A DNA stretch of 64,000 nt. Source: Eledone cirrhosa. Taxonomy: Eukaryota. Below, one piece after another: positions 38,636 to 50,651 of the stretch; within the stretch, counting starts at the first letter, position 1, and each line of letters opens with the position of its first letter. Made by a program: the position numbers and the translations under genes. The notes under the pieces were generated by a model that was not told the DNA's origin, made no database searches, and saw only the letters and a list, made by a program, of their open reading frames with translations. The stretch spans positions 258,292,001 through 258,356,000 of the forward strand of contig OZ024740.1 of assembly GCA_964016885.1 (NCBI GenBank), given 5' to 3'.

Positions 38636-41600
38636 CTTCTTTATTGGCCACAAGGGCTAACATGAAGAAAAAGATTACAGACGGCACAGGACGATACAAA
38701 ATGGGGTTTGGCCGTGTTAAAAGGATATAAAAGACAGAAAATTGTAAAATAAATAAAATTCAAATAACAAAAATTCCCCAATAAGAGGGAAGCTTCCGAG
38801 GGTCTCACATGGCGAAAACCACACAAAAGACCACGGCTACCCTGACCACCAGGACAAGCGCGCTCTCTCAGTTTTCCCACTCTTCAGTCTGCAGGCGCAT
38901 ACTCAGAGTGGGCCCGTTCACTCGGACCAGACTCGCCAATTTCACCCACCTTTTAACAAATTTGTCCGTCTTCAACCCTTTCAACCTTGTCCACCACACA
39001 ATCTCTTTCGTCATCGCCACCAGGCAGATTAAGATGGCTTGTCCTTCCTCCTCTTTAAAGGCGGATGGCGGGGCTATCTACACAATGGACTCGGTCGATA
39101 ACGGGATCCATCCTACATGCGACAGCAACTGTTCGACATAACTCCACAAGTCAGCAATTCCCGGGCACTGAACGAGTGCGTGCAGGACAGTTTCGTCATC
39201 CTGAGCGCATCTCGGACAGGATCGGCTGACGCCACCTCCGTGTCTGAAGAGCTTATCCCGAACCGGCAACGCTCCCCGGTAGCATTGCCAGGCCAGGGAT
39301 TACTGGAAATTGTCCATAGGTCCCCGGCTGAAAGTTCTCTTGAAGAGAGCAAACAGCTGATCGTCTTCGACGCCCAGGGTCTCCCCGAGAACGTCGTCGC
39401 TCTTTCCCTCCACTAGCCCTCTATAGAACGCCAAGGAGGATGTTCCACTGATATCAGCGAACGATCCAGCCTCTAAACACGGGCCTGAAGCCGGCCGCCT
39501 CGTGAACCGCAGCCAGGTACCGATGGTCGATCGTATCAAACGCGTTAGATTGATCCAAGTTGCTCTGGGCCCCACCCGTGCCAGGTTCCTTAACTACCCT
39601 CTCTATGATGTATCGCATGAGATGGAGGTTGTCGTGGATGGATTTGTCCGGAATGGTGCATATCTGCGTGTCTCCCACCAGATTACCGACAAGCGCCAAT
39701 CTTGTTGCTAACACCTTGGCCAAAATCTTGAAATCTGTGTTTAACAGAGTTATGGGCCTGAAGTTGTCTATAACGTCCTCTTTGTTCGGGTTTTTTCTCA
39801 GCAGCACTACCGCTCCACGGCTCACAATACTGGGGATGCTGCCAGTTGCAGTAGACATCTGCCAAGAGGTCGCCGAACAAGTCTGGCAGGTACGCATACA
39901 GCTCGTAGGGTACACATCCAAACCTGGCAATTTACCCATCGTGCTGATTTACCATCGTATTTCACCTGCTGTTATCGGCCTTTCGCAGCACAGTGCTGCG
40001 GTCGCTGGGAGCCGCAGCAGTCCGTCAAGTTATGCACCAAAGTCCATACTCCGATCCTGTCTGCCGCCGCCCCCGAACAATCGAGCAAAGTGCTGTTGAA
40101 AAGCCGCACACATCTGCTCGGCTTCGAACAATATGTGCCCAATTTCATCAAGCAAAGACCGTATTGTGGATTTGTTGCCACGTCGCGCCTCCACCAGCCG
40201 GGTCCGTTGAACGGCTTTCGTCTCCTCGTGTCTCAGAGCACGCACACTAGCTATGACAATATATCCTTCATGCTTTGCGTTGAAGAATTGGTCGAGTTCC
40301 AATCCGCCGCAAGCACGTCGGTTGCGATGCCTGTCCTAAACGCCTCTTCTAGTTTTCTAATTAGCTCTCCCTCCACTCTATTTTCCTCTATCACTACTCA
40401 TTTGAAAAACCTGATCGATTCTACTCTAATAGCCCTTTTCAGGGTAAACCACCACCTGTTGTTGACGATTGCACCTGTCAACGCACGCTTAACTAATTCG
40501 CCAATCCGGTCTCTGTCAATTTTGCGCGCCGGGAAAGACGCGTTCAGCTTCCAGTAGCCAGGCCCTTGTCTATGGAGTCTATCTAAGTCAACCTCAAAGG
40601 TCACGAATGTGTGGTCTGTGTAGCCGACTACTTTAAATTGTGAACAGATTTCACTAGCCTTTTCTGTTTCCCTACAGAATACTCTATCCAAATACGATCT
40701 GGATGACCCGATGCGTTTTGCCCATGTCCATATTGGTACATTCGGATAATCCAGTCTATACCTGTCAGACAGTTCAAAACGTCTGAGCAGGTTATTGAGG
40801 CTTTTGCACCCTATGTCCTGTCTACTAGCCCCACATAATCCCAGCGTGCATCTAAGATACCGTTCCAGTCGCCCACTAACCCTAAGGAGCGGAACATTCC
40901 AAGAAGGTTCTCTAGACGTCTGAAAAAATCTGGCCGTCCTGCTGTGTTGGGATGTAGACGGCTACTAGACTGAAAGCATTTCCTTCGCCTCCGGTCACGT
41001 CCAGCACCACCGACGTACCTTCTGGGTCCAGGAAGATGGCCCGTATGGCAAGATCCAAGCCTCTCCAAAAAAGCACAGCAACTCCTCACCCCGATCCTGG
41101 GCGGCTGGGAGATATGTATACATCGTAGCTGCTGCCGAAGATCGGTGTGAAGACTCGGGTTTTGGAGATTCTGGTCCCGCTGATAGCCACCCTGTCTATG
41201 TTTAGTGACCTGAAGTCGTTGAGCAGGTGACCCTGCTTACAAGATGACCCCAGGCCACATGCATTTATGTTGCCTATTCGAAGTACGGCCATGCTTGATG
41301 AGGAACGGGGCAAGTGAGAAAGGATCACTTACCTTGATCGTGTGGGGAAGAAACAGTAGAACCGTCCCCTCGGCTGGTGATGGATGTCTCCAAGACGATA
41401 ACTTTGTATATGCTTTTTGAGTGTGACCCCCTGAAATCCCCTGAAAATTTTTGTTTTAATTGTTTGTAGTTTTCGAGTTCAATTTCCATAATGTTAATGT
41501 TTTTTGGTAATTTTCTTGGTGTTGATGGTGTGTGGTAATTTACGTCTGAAATATCGGTGTGGTGTTTTATGTGTTCCATTAGTCCTTGGTGTGCAATGTT

Positions 41601-43642
41601 TATGACTGTGTACTTTTGGAGGAAGGGGTGGTTTTGTTGCTGTTTTCTTGTTGTTGCTGTTGGGTATGTGTGGTTTGTTGTGTTAGTGATGTTGGTGTTT
41701 TTGGTGATGCTGGTGGTAGTGTGGTTGTTGCTGGTGTTGATGCTTGTGGTGATGATGGTGATTGTGGTGGTGTTGCTGCAAGTCTCCTTGCAGTCTTTAT
41801 TCTTCTTTCTTTGCCTTCGCTTTTGTAGGGAGGAGCTAAGGTGTTTTTCCGTTTATTTGCTTTTTTGTTTTTTTCCTGTTAACAACCGTTTTTCATTCCC
41901 CAGCCGCCTCATACTCCATGTCCGACTGTGAGAGGTCGGGGAGGGTATCAGTTCTATCCTCTTATTTGTCTTTGCTGTTGTTGGTGGTAGTAGGGGTGGA
42001 GCCTGGTTCGCCGCTCCTGGCATAGGTGCAGCTAGTACAACTGATTTTTGTTTTTTATGCTGCAGCTGCCATCGCTGTTTTTGTTGTCCGTGGCTATGGT
42101 GTGGGTGCCACGGACGTTGTCCTCCTACTCTCTGTAGAAGCCCCGACTATTTAGCTGACTGCTCAGTTTCTGGCACCGGTTCCGGCGTTGGAAGGAGGGT
42201 GGCCTTGGCCTTTGTTATTTTCTGTGGGCAGAAAGCCCTGAGGTGAGAGTATGATCCACAGTTGAAGCATTTTGGGCGCCTTCCTTCCACACATATGGGA
42301 AGTTGGGAGCCATTCCCTAGGTCTATTACGTCGGGAATAGCGCTGATGCAGTCCTGGTTGGTTTGGATGAGCATCTCCATTCCAATACCGAACCAGTCCT
42401 TACTCCCCAAGTTCTGTACCTGCAGAATTGTTGTTTTATCTTCGATGCCCGTTAGAACAGACACGACCAGCCAAGGCACGGGTACGTAGGGCGTTACCCG
42501 GGTTACCTTGACCTTTGCAATTTTTTTCCCGCAGTAAAACGGAGAGAGGCCGTGGTGGCGAAAAGTACGTCTACTGTGGCGTACTTTTTGCCTCGGGCGA
42601 TGTGGGTTTTGCGCGCCCAGACGCACCCCAAGGTCTTTGGGATTTGAGCCTCCGTGGCTCTCTCCACACGATGTGACATTTTGCTTACGGTGCGGTACGT
42701 CACCTTGCGCAGCTGCTGGTCTTTGAAGAAATTGGGTGGCGGTTTCAGGGAAACTCTATTGTCTTGAAACCATGGCTATTGCGACTGCCATCTCCTCCTC
42801 TGTGACTAGCACTGTCTCTATATTTCGGGCCACACCGCTACTGCTGCTACTGGTCTTGTTGTTGCTGTTGCTACTGCTACAAACGGTGTTGTTGGTGTTG
42901 TTGCTGTTATCACTGTTATAGTTGGTTGTGTTTTTGGTGCCACCGTTATTGTTGTTTTCGGTGCAATTTGTATTGTTGCTGTTGTTTATTTTCTTGTTAG
43001 TGGTATTAATATCGTTGTTGCATTTGTTGTCATTTTTTTCTGTTGTCTGTATTTTGGTTGTAGCTGTTATTGTTGTAGTTGGTATGGTAATTTTTTTAGA
43101 ATTAGTGTTTTCAGTGTTGTTGTCTTTGTTCACGTTTGTGGTGGTGTTTGTTGTATCATTTTCTGTCTTTGCCGTAACTCACCCCTCAACTGTTACGCTG
43201 TTGTCACACGACAGCAGACATATCGCTGGGGGGCGTGGCTCAAACATGTTTTTTTTTTTGACAGTTTTTAAAAGTAAAATGTTCAAATATTTGGGCCAAA
43301 TATCGAAGATAAAACAATAATTCTGCAGGTACAGAACTTGGGGAGTAATGACTGGTTCGGTATTGGAATGGAGATGCTCATCCAAACCGACCAGGACTGC
43401 ATCAGCGCTATTCCCGACGTAATATACCTCGGGAATGGCTCCCAACTTCCCATATGTGTGGAAGGAAGGCGCCCCAAATGCTTCAACTGTGGATCATACT
43501 CTCACCTCAGGGCTTTCTGCCCACAGGGAAAAGTCCAAGGGCTTTTATCCCTTACACAACAAGAAAAATTAAACAACAAATAATTATAACAGGTAAATAA
43601 AGCGACTTACTGGGAGCACGAAAAAAGGCGTCCGAAGAGACC
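38636..43642 (-). mobile_element. Tx1 copy 4 (copy-1-like ORF1), internally deleted
   Basis: ORF1 (NIETVLVTEEEMAVA, CFNCGSYSHLRAFC), APE and partial RT with a deletion near 39455, and the 3' end cccttgtggccaataaagaa. The 5' end abuts (AAT)n. Confidence 0.88.
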
Positions 43643-43693
<51 letters not shown>

Positions 43694-46600
43694 TCCTACT
43701 ACTAACAAAGAGGAAGGCATCAAAATATATAGATAGACTCAAAAGAAAAAAGAAAAAACAAACAACAAAACCAAAGCAGCACAGCAACAACAGCAAAAAC
43801 GAGAAAAACAAACAGAGAAAAACAAAAACAAAAAAAGAAACCCCAAAAACGTAAAGAAAATAAGAATGAAGAGAGAAGCAGGCGGACGGACAGAGAAGAG
43901 GGGGGAAAAAGTAAAACTTAAAAAACAAAAACTAAGTCAGACATTCGAATACTACATTACAATGAAACTTATGCTTATTCATTTTTGGGGCACTTTCTGC
44001 CCGTGTGTTTGTTTGTTTATGTGTGTTCGTATACAGCGTGGTGATAATGCCACACAAGGGCCAAGTGGGATGGCGGATCCACAGATGGCTATGTAAACAT
44101 ACATTCGCCAATCCTCGATAAGAGTGTTTAAATATCGAACATAAACAGTTCGAATAACGGTGAAATGGAGACTAGAACGTCATGTGACAGACTCTCACCC
44201 AACAGGTGCCCCCTGGCTCAGCAGCAGGAACCTGACTGTCAACCAAATACTGCTGATGTTGGAGGAAGAAGAAGAAGGAAAGGGGCCAGAACCAACTGGA
44301 CGAAAGAATTGAATAGAACTGTTATGCAATGCTACCTGAAAAGTAACCCCAAGGAGAGGGGCTACAGGAGACGGATGCATAACATCTGGAACGAGATTGG
44401 TTTATTTAAATTAGATGAACAAAAATTGGCCGGGCAGGCTCGGGTAATAAGAACTAATGGGTGGATAAGCGAGCTGGAACTGGAGGAACTGAGCAGAGAG
44501 AATGGCTTGGAGATGGCGGGTGTAGTATGCCAGACAAGCGAGCCGGTGGGAAATGAAGGTGAGGAGGTCCTGAGAACGGAGGAACCACCCGAAGCAGACA
44601 ATGATCTGAATACTGAGATAAATAATACCTGGAACAGAGATACGGCCACTGAGGAGATGAATGCTGACGGGCTAGGACAAGATTCGGTTGACATCCTAAA
44701 TTTAGTGGTAGATGAATTGAACAATGATAGTGGGAGACCTATGAACCTAAGATTTGTAGACAGGAAAAAGTTAAAAGAAACAACAGCTAAGGTAAACAAA
44801 GTCATCCCATACCTTGAGGCGAGGAGCCTTCACCAGTGCAACAATATCCTCAAAGCAACAGCAAATACGGTGAGGAAACTACTTGGTATAAAAGCGAGAG
44901 GAAACAACAGACAAGAAAGAGCAGAGCCGTGGTGGAAGAAGCGACTGAGTGGGCAAATCGGGGAAATGAGAAATGACATAGGAAAGCTTGAGTCACTACT
45001 GAATGGGACACTAAAAAACATAGGCACTAAAAATAGACTGGAAATAAAATACAAAACTAGGAGTAAAAAGCTAAATATTATCATAGAGGAATTGAAGCAA
45101 CGCATTGTAGCAAAGAGTGCCAAAATCAGGCGATACGAGAACAGAGTCAGTCAGTATAAACAGAACCGCATGTTCGACAACAACCAGAAGATGCTGTTTG
45201 GACAGCTTGAGGGGAAAGAAAGAGGCAACGACTTGATCCCTGGGGCGGAACAAGCTAAAACATTCTGGAGAGGAATATGGGAGCAGGATGTTAGACACAA
45301 TGCCCAGGCAGGGTGGATTGAGACAGTACAGAGGGAGATCGGTGAGCAGGCACAACAACAGACTGATTTGAGTATCACAGTTGAAACTCTTAAGGGGCAA
45401 GCCAAAAAACTAACCGACTGGAAATCACCAGGCCCAGATGGTGTGCAGGGGTATTGGATTAAACATTTAACATCCCTCCACCCGAAGCTGACGGCCATGT
45501 TCAATGACTGCTTGGTGTCGGGTGAGGTGCCAGAGTGGTTGACAAAAGGTACCACAGTTCTGATAATGAAAGACCGAATCAAGGGTAATGATGTTACCAA
45601 CTATAGACCTATCACATGTCTGCCCGTAATGTGGAAACTGTTGACGAGCATTGTGTCTGAGGAAATCTACCATCACCTCCACACAAACAACTTGTTACCG
45701 GACGAACAGAAAGGATGCCGAAAGAAGTCACGTGGTACAAAGGACCAGTTGCTTATTGATAAGATGGTAATGGGGAATTGTAGGAGGAGACACACTGATC
45801 TTGCCATGGGATGGATAGACTACAGAAAGGCATTTGACATGGTGCCTCATTCCTGGATCACCAAAAGCCTGGAGATCTTCAGGGTGGCAGATAACATCAG
45901 ACAGTTGCTGGGCAGGAGTATGGGGTCCTGGGAGACAGAGTTGACATCAACTGGAGTATCCTTGGGAAGCGTGAAGATCAAGAGAGGTATCTTCCAGGGA
46001 GATAGCCTGTCCCCTCTGTTGTTTGTCCTTGCCCTGATGCCCTTGACCATTATGCTGTGAAAAGTGAGAGCAGGATACAAGTTGGGAAGGGGAGAGCTTA
46101 CCATCAATCACCTCCTCTTCATGGACGATCTTAAGCTCTTCGGGAAAAGTGAGGAGTTGGATGTGCTTGTTGACACTGTCCGTATTTTCAGCAGTGATAT
46201 ATGTATGCAGTTTGGTATTGGTAAATGTGGAGTCATTGTGATGAAGAGGGGTAGGTTGAGCAGAAGTAACGGGATCCAGATACCAACAGGTGAGATGATA
46301 AAGGAAATTGACTCTGAGGAAGGATACAAGTATTTGGGCGTTCTGGAGGCTGATGGAATAAAGAACAAAAAAATGAAGGAATTGTTAAGAACTGAATACA
46401 TTCGGAGAGTAAGGAGCGTATTGAAGTCACATCTGAACAGCAGAAATGCCATAAGCGCAGTAAATTCCCGAGCTGTGTCTATTATTAGGTACAGTGCGGG
46501 AATTCTGAGATGGAATGTTGCTGAACAAAAAGAAATGGATAGGAAGACTAGGAAGCTATTGACTATCTACAACATGTTCCACAAGAGGAGTGATGTCGAT

Positions 46601-47630
46601 AGACTCTACCTAAGGAGATCTGAGGGTGGAAGAGGTCTTATCAGCATAGAGGACTGTGTTCAGATGGAGAAAAACAACCTATACAAATACGTGACCTATA
46701 GTAAGGAGCCAATGCTCAGAACTGTACTGAAGGAGGGGACAGTAGGCCAGGGGATGTCCAAGGAGGAAATAACATCAAGGAGGAAGAGCAGCCTTAAGGG
46801 AAAATCCCTTCATAGTACCTTCTTTGAGAAAACTGAATTTAGAGATCCACAGACATGGAACTGGTTGAGAAGAGGAGACCTCAAAAAGGCTACAGAAGGA
46901 ATGCTAATGGCTGCGCAGGAGCAGGCCCTCAAAACGAAGTGGTTGAAGCACCATATCTACAAGGAGGAGGCTAGCCCACTGTGCAGGATCTGTGGAGAGA
47001 GAGAGGAGACTGTGGCTCACATTGTGTCCGAGTGTAAACACCTAGCCCAGACCCACTATAAGGGCTGGAGACACGATGTGATGGGCAGGGTGATCCACTG
47101 GCACCTGTGCAAAGTAAACAATCTACCACATTCTGAGAAATGGTATGAGCATAGGCCAGAGGCGGTGATGGAGAACAGTCAGGTGAAGGTGCTGTGGGAT
47201 TTTAGGATACAGACGGACAAAAAACTGGAACACAATAGACCTGACCTGGTGGTTGTGGACAAAGAAAAAAGATCGTGCCTGATTGTGGATGTGGCCTGCC
47301 CGTTCGACACGAGAGTGCAAGAGAAGGAGAGGGAGAAAATTAACCGATACCAGGACCTAAAGTGGGAGGTGAAAAGGATTTGGAACTGCCATGAAGTCAA
47401 AGTGATCCCGATTGTCATAGGCGCACTGGGGACTATCTCCAAAGGTTTCCAGGGATGGTTAAAGAAAATCGGCCCCTTCACGCTTTTTGGAACGCTTCAA
47501 AAGGCATGCTTGCTTGGAACGGCAAGAACCCTCCGATACGTCCTGAATATCTGAGGCTGCAGGTAGTGGCTTGATATTCAATCCAACGGACTTTCCAGTT
47601 AACCAACATCAATGACTGAGATTCAAGGAA
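43694..47630 (+). mobile_element. R4/Dong-like lineage B element, apparently full length
   Basis: (AAT)n on both sides; one long reading frame with Myb-like N-terminus, RT, CCHC, RHD and RPD..D..K. The exact 5' boundary is uncertain. Confidence 0.9.
44165..47554 (+). pseudogene. ~1130-codon RT+RLE ORF interrupted by one in-frame TGA (46058-46060)
   Basis: The 631-aa and 496-aa ORFs share a frame. The sister copy reads TIILRKV where this one reads TIML*KV. Confidence 0.88.
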
Positions 47631-47677
47631 TAACAATAACAATAATAATAATAATATTTATATATAAGAATATATAC

Positions 47678-49570
47678 AATGGAATGAGTTAGCTAAAGCC
47701 CCCTCTTATAAACCTCCCAACAAACTTTGTAACCTTTGTCTTCTTGAGTCTCGCATTATAATTAATGGTAAGGTAAATTTTCTAAATAGAAAATATGAGA
47801 TTTTTTCCACGTGTCCACACACATACAACACTCATTTCACTATTTTAAACCTAACAGCTAATTTATAACAATGTCAGATTTAAACCCACCTTTATATATT
47901 ATTTATACCTTTAGCTTTAAATCATCTAATTAATATACAACCTTTCTCCCTAGATCGCGCATTGGACCCATCATATTGTTTATAATATACCTGAATCACC
48001 CCATTAAACCTAGGCAAATATTTATTACCATCACATTAGTATTATTATTACATTCCTTACAATTTTATTATCTCTACTCCTATATAACTTAGATTTATAC
48101 CTTATTCCCTTAATAACACCTCTAATGGAATAAATAAGTACATAATATACCTTCCACTGTTATTCTTCTTTAATTATATTCCCTTTATTTTACTACTTTC
48201 CCCTTTTACCACTTTCCTTAAATACTTAACATATGATATGATATATATATTCATTAATAGTGCTTGTGAATTAATATCATTACTTGTCTTTAGGATGAAT
48301 AATATACGATTGTTACTGATCATTCTTATAGTAAATATAAAAATAAATATAATATATATTCGGTGGGCGGAGAATAATAGTTACATTATGTGTATTATAA
48401 ATTTAACGTGTGTATCTACCAAAGAACATTTTTTACTATTAAAAATTTCTTTCTATTATATATTAAAAAAAAATTTGTAAGTAAAGGATAGATATATAAC
48501 TAATGACAATGTTTATAACATTGTAATATATAACAATTTTCTTAATATTTCTTCATATTATTTTATCTTATAAGTCTGTAGCTCTATGTTTATAAGTTTA
48601 ATAATACTTAATATATAATTGTAAACATTTAAAAACCCTTAATATTTATTATGCCAACAACTCACGTGAACTACCTCCCTTAGTCTATGTACCACTTCCT
48701 CCATTCAAACTTTAATGGTTTAATACAAATTCATAAACCCCAGACACAGTCCAGGAGACGTTGCTGGTTGATGTTTGAATTTTAACTTAGTCCAGCATGT
48801 ACTACTATTTAGAAAGTGTGGAGCATTAAGTGTCTTAACTGCCTATATCTCTCATTGTTGTTTGCTGAATGGAGGTGGACAGTATTGATTGTGTTTATAG
48901 AATTAAAACTTTTGTTATGACAGGGCCACACGAGCATCAGACTGGTACTTACATTGTTAATATAGCCTTAAGGAAAGGCTTCTTAAGCTCTATATTTTTG
49001 GACTGTATGTTTTTTAATTATATAGTGCTGCACTCTATGCTATTAGGCTTTGTATGTTTGGGCTATGCATTCTGCTGCATTGATATTATGACAAACATTA
49101 TAAAAGTTTTTGCCTGAAATCTATATATCCTTTGATATTTATATCATAATTTTTAATACCTACATTAGATGCTTTCATTGTTCAATGTTGCTTACATTAT
49201 ATATATTGCAGGTACTCTATTGTAATTGATATGTTTGCTATAATATTCTTGCTAAGATATTTTGCTATAATTAATAACCATAGCCATATATATATATTAC
49301 TTATACCACCAATTATTTATCTTATAGCTGTATTATAAGTTTTCATTACAATTTTTATATCTGTTCAATGTTTATACTCTTGCTCTATAATATATTGATG
49401 TTAATACTTATACTTAGTCTTCTCACATATAATGTATCCTGTTAAATGTTCAAGTAAATAGGATTATATTTGTTTTAACCTTTGTATGTTCTGATGAACT
49501 AGACTTAAGTCTAGATGAAACAATCGTAAGTTAGTAATGTTTTAAACACCATTTGATTGTAATTTATTTT
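47678..49570 (+). mobile_element. 3' end of a Penelope-like element (GIY-YIG C-terminus + putative long AT-rich 3' region)
   Basis: 47680-47870 translates WNELAKAPSYKPPNKLCNLCLLESRII..FLNRKYEIFSTCPH. A hammerhead lies at 49491 before (TA)n. Continuity of the AT-rich part is inferred. Confidence 0.6.
49486..49533 (+). ncRNA. Hammerhead ribozyme motif
   Basis: CTGATGA-A CTAGAC TTAA GTCTAG AT-GAAA-CAATCG-TA; stem I weak. Confidence 0.6.
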
Positions 49571-49576
49571 GTATGT

Positions 49577-49637
<61 letters not shown>

Positions 49638-49641
<4 letters not shown>

Positions 49642-49970
49642 GGTGTTGGATGCTTAAAGCGTCCGTATGCGGTAGGCCGTTTGAGCACTCGATGCTCTCA
49701 TAGAGCAGAGTGCGATATCACAGAAAAAAAAGAGAATCAGCGTTGCGACGAGTGGAATTTATTGGACACATTACAATCGTTTCTCTGGTGACCAGCTCGA
49801 GGCACGAACAATGTGATAATTCGTAGAATCAAGACGTATCTGAGGAGCTTGCGATTTTCAGAGTCAGGTTCGATCATCACATCGATCGTGCCTCGAGCTG
49901 GTCGCCAGAGAAACGATTGTAATATGTCCAATAAAATCCATTCGTCGAAACACTGATTCTCTTTTTTTCT

Positions 49971-49976
<6 letters not shown>
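49638..49976 (+). mobile_element. Small non-coding hammerhead-bearing element with an internal inverted duplication, in (TA)n
   Basis: Homologous to 51141-51330 (-). The arms 49716-49806 and 49886-49976 are reverse complements. Confidence 0.7.
49833..49928 (+). ncRNA. Type I hammerhead ribozyme with a 63-nt stem II
   Basis: GACGTAT-CTGAGGA-[long hairpin]-GAAA-CGATTG-TA-ATATGTC: 7-bp stem I and a GUA site. Confidence 0.75.
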
Positions 49977-50045
<69 letters not shown>

Positions 50046-50097
50046 ATACATACATACATACATACATACATACAAACATACATACATACATACATAC

Positions 50098-50651
50098 AGC
50101 TGCCAACTCGTTTTCGAGTACGGCCATTACTTTATATCCATGTAGGAGAACCCCTACCGATGCGCTGAACGAGTGTGACTTTTCAGTCCAGCCAGCAACT
50201 TGAAAACTCTGGTAGGTACAAACGCTACACTTGTGACAATTATTGACACATAGTGCTGGGCCCATGGTACCATGTGACGACAAGGGCAGAGAGATCTCCA
50301 GATATAAAGCAATGCCTGTGCCGTGAAGCTTTTATAGTGAGGAAAGGCACTGCACAAAGCCAGTCCCACTCTCTTAACCAAGATGATATTTACCAAAAAG
50401 AAGAACAAGTCAACATCATTGGATACCATCAGGGTTGCAGGTGTTATATCAGAGTTTTCCTTCTCCTAGAATTCTGCCTTGACAAAGGCTACGAGGTCAT
50501 CTCTCCCGGTGATTTTGGATGGCCATTGACTTTCCCCTTTGACAGGTTTTGTTTTTAGTCCTGCAGGATGTCCAAAGTCACCCTCCTCACTAAGAAACCT
50601 GGTGGGGTTGCCAGTTTAGTCGCCAACAACCCGACCATGAGACAGGTTGTA
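50098..50651 (-). mobile_element. Short non-autonomous RTE derivative in (TATG)n
   Basis: RTE-type 5' UTR (ctaggagaaggaaaactctga) joined to a C2H2 remnant (LAGLKSHTRSAHR*) and a 3' CTCG-AAAA-CGAG stem-loop. (CATA)n on both sides. Confidence 0.7.

Noticed and set aside
46058-46060. Programmed readthrough or selenocysteine at the Dong-B TGA
   Set aside because: The homologous codon is Arg (CGA) in the sister copy, so a CpG transition is the simpler explanation.
13328-47481. Antisense ORFs over RT genes (e.g. 13669-14052, 17681-18064, 45151-45600)
   Set aside because: Shadow frames of coding sequence; their recurrence reflects element copy identity.
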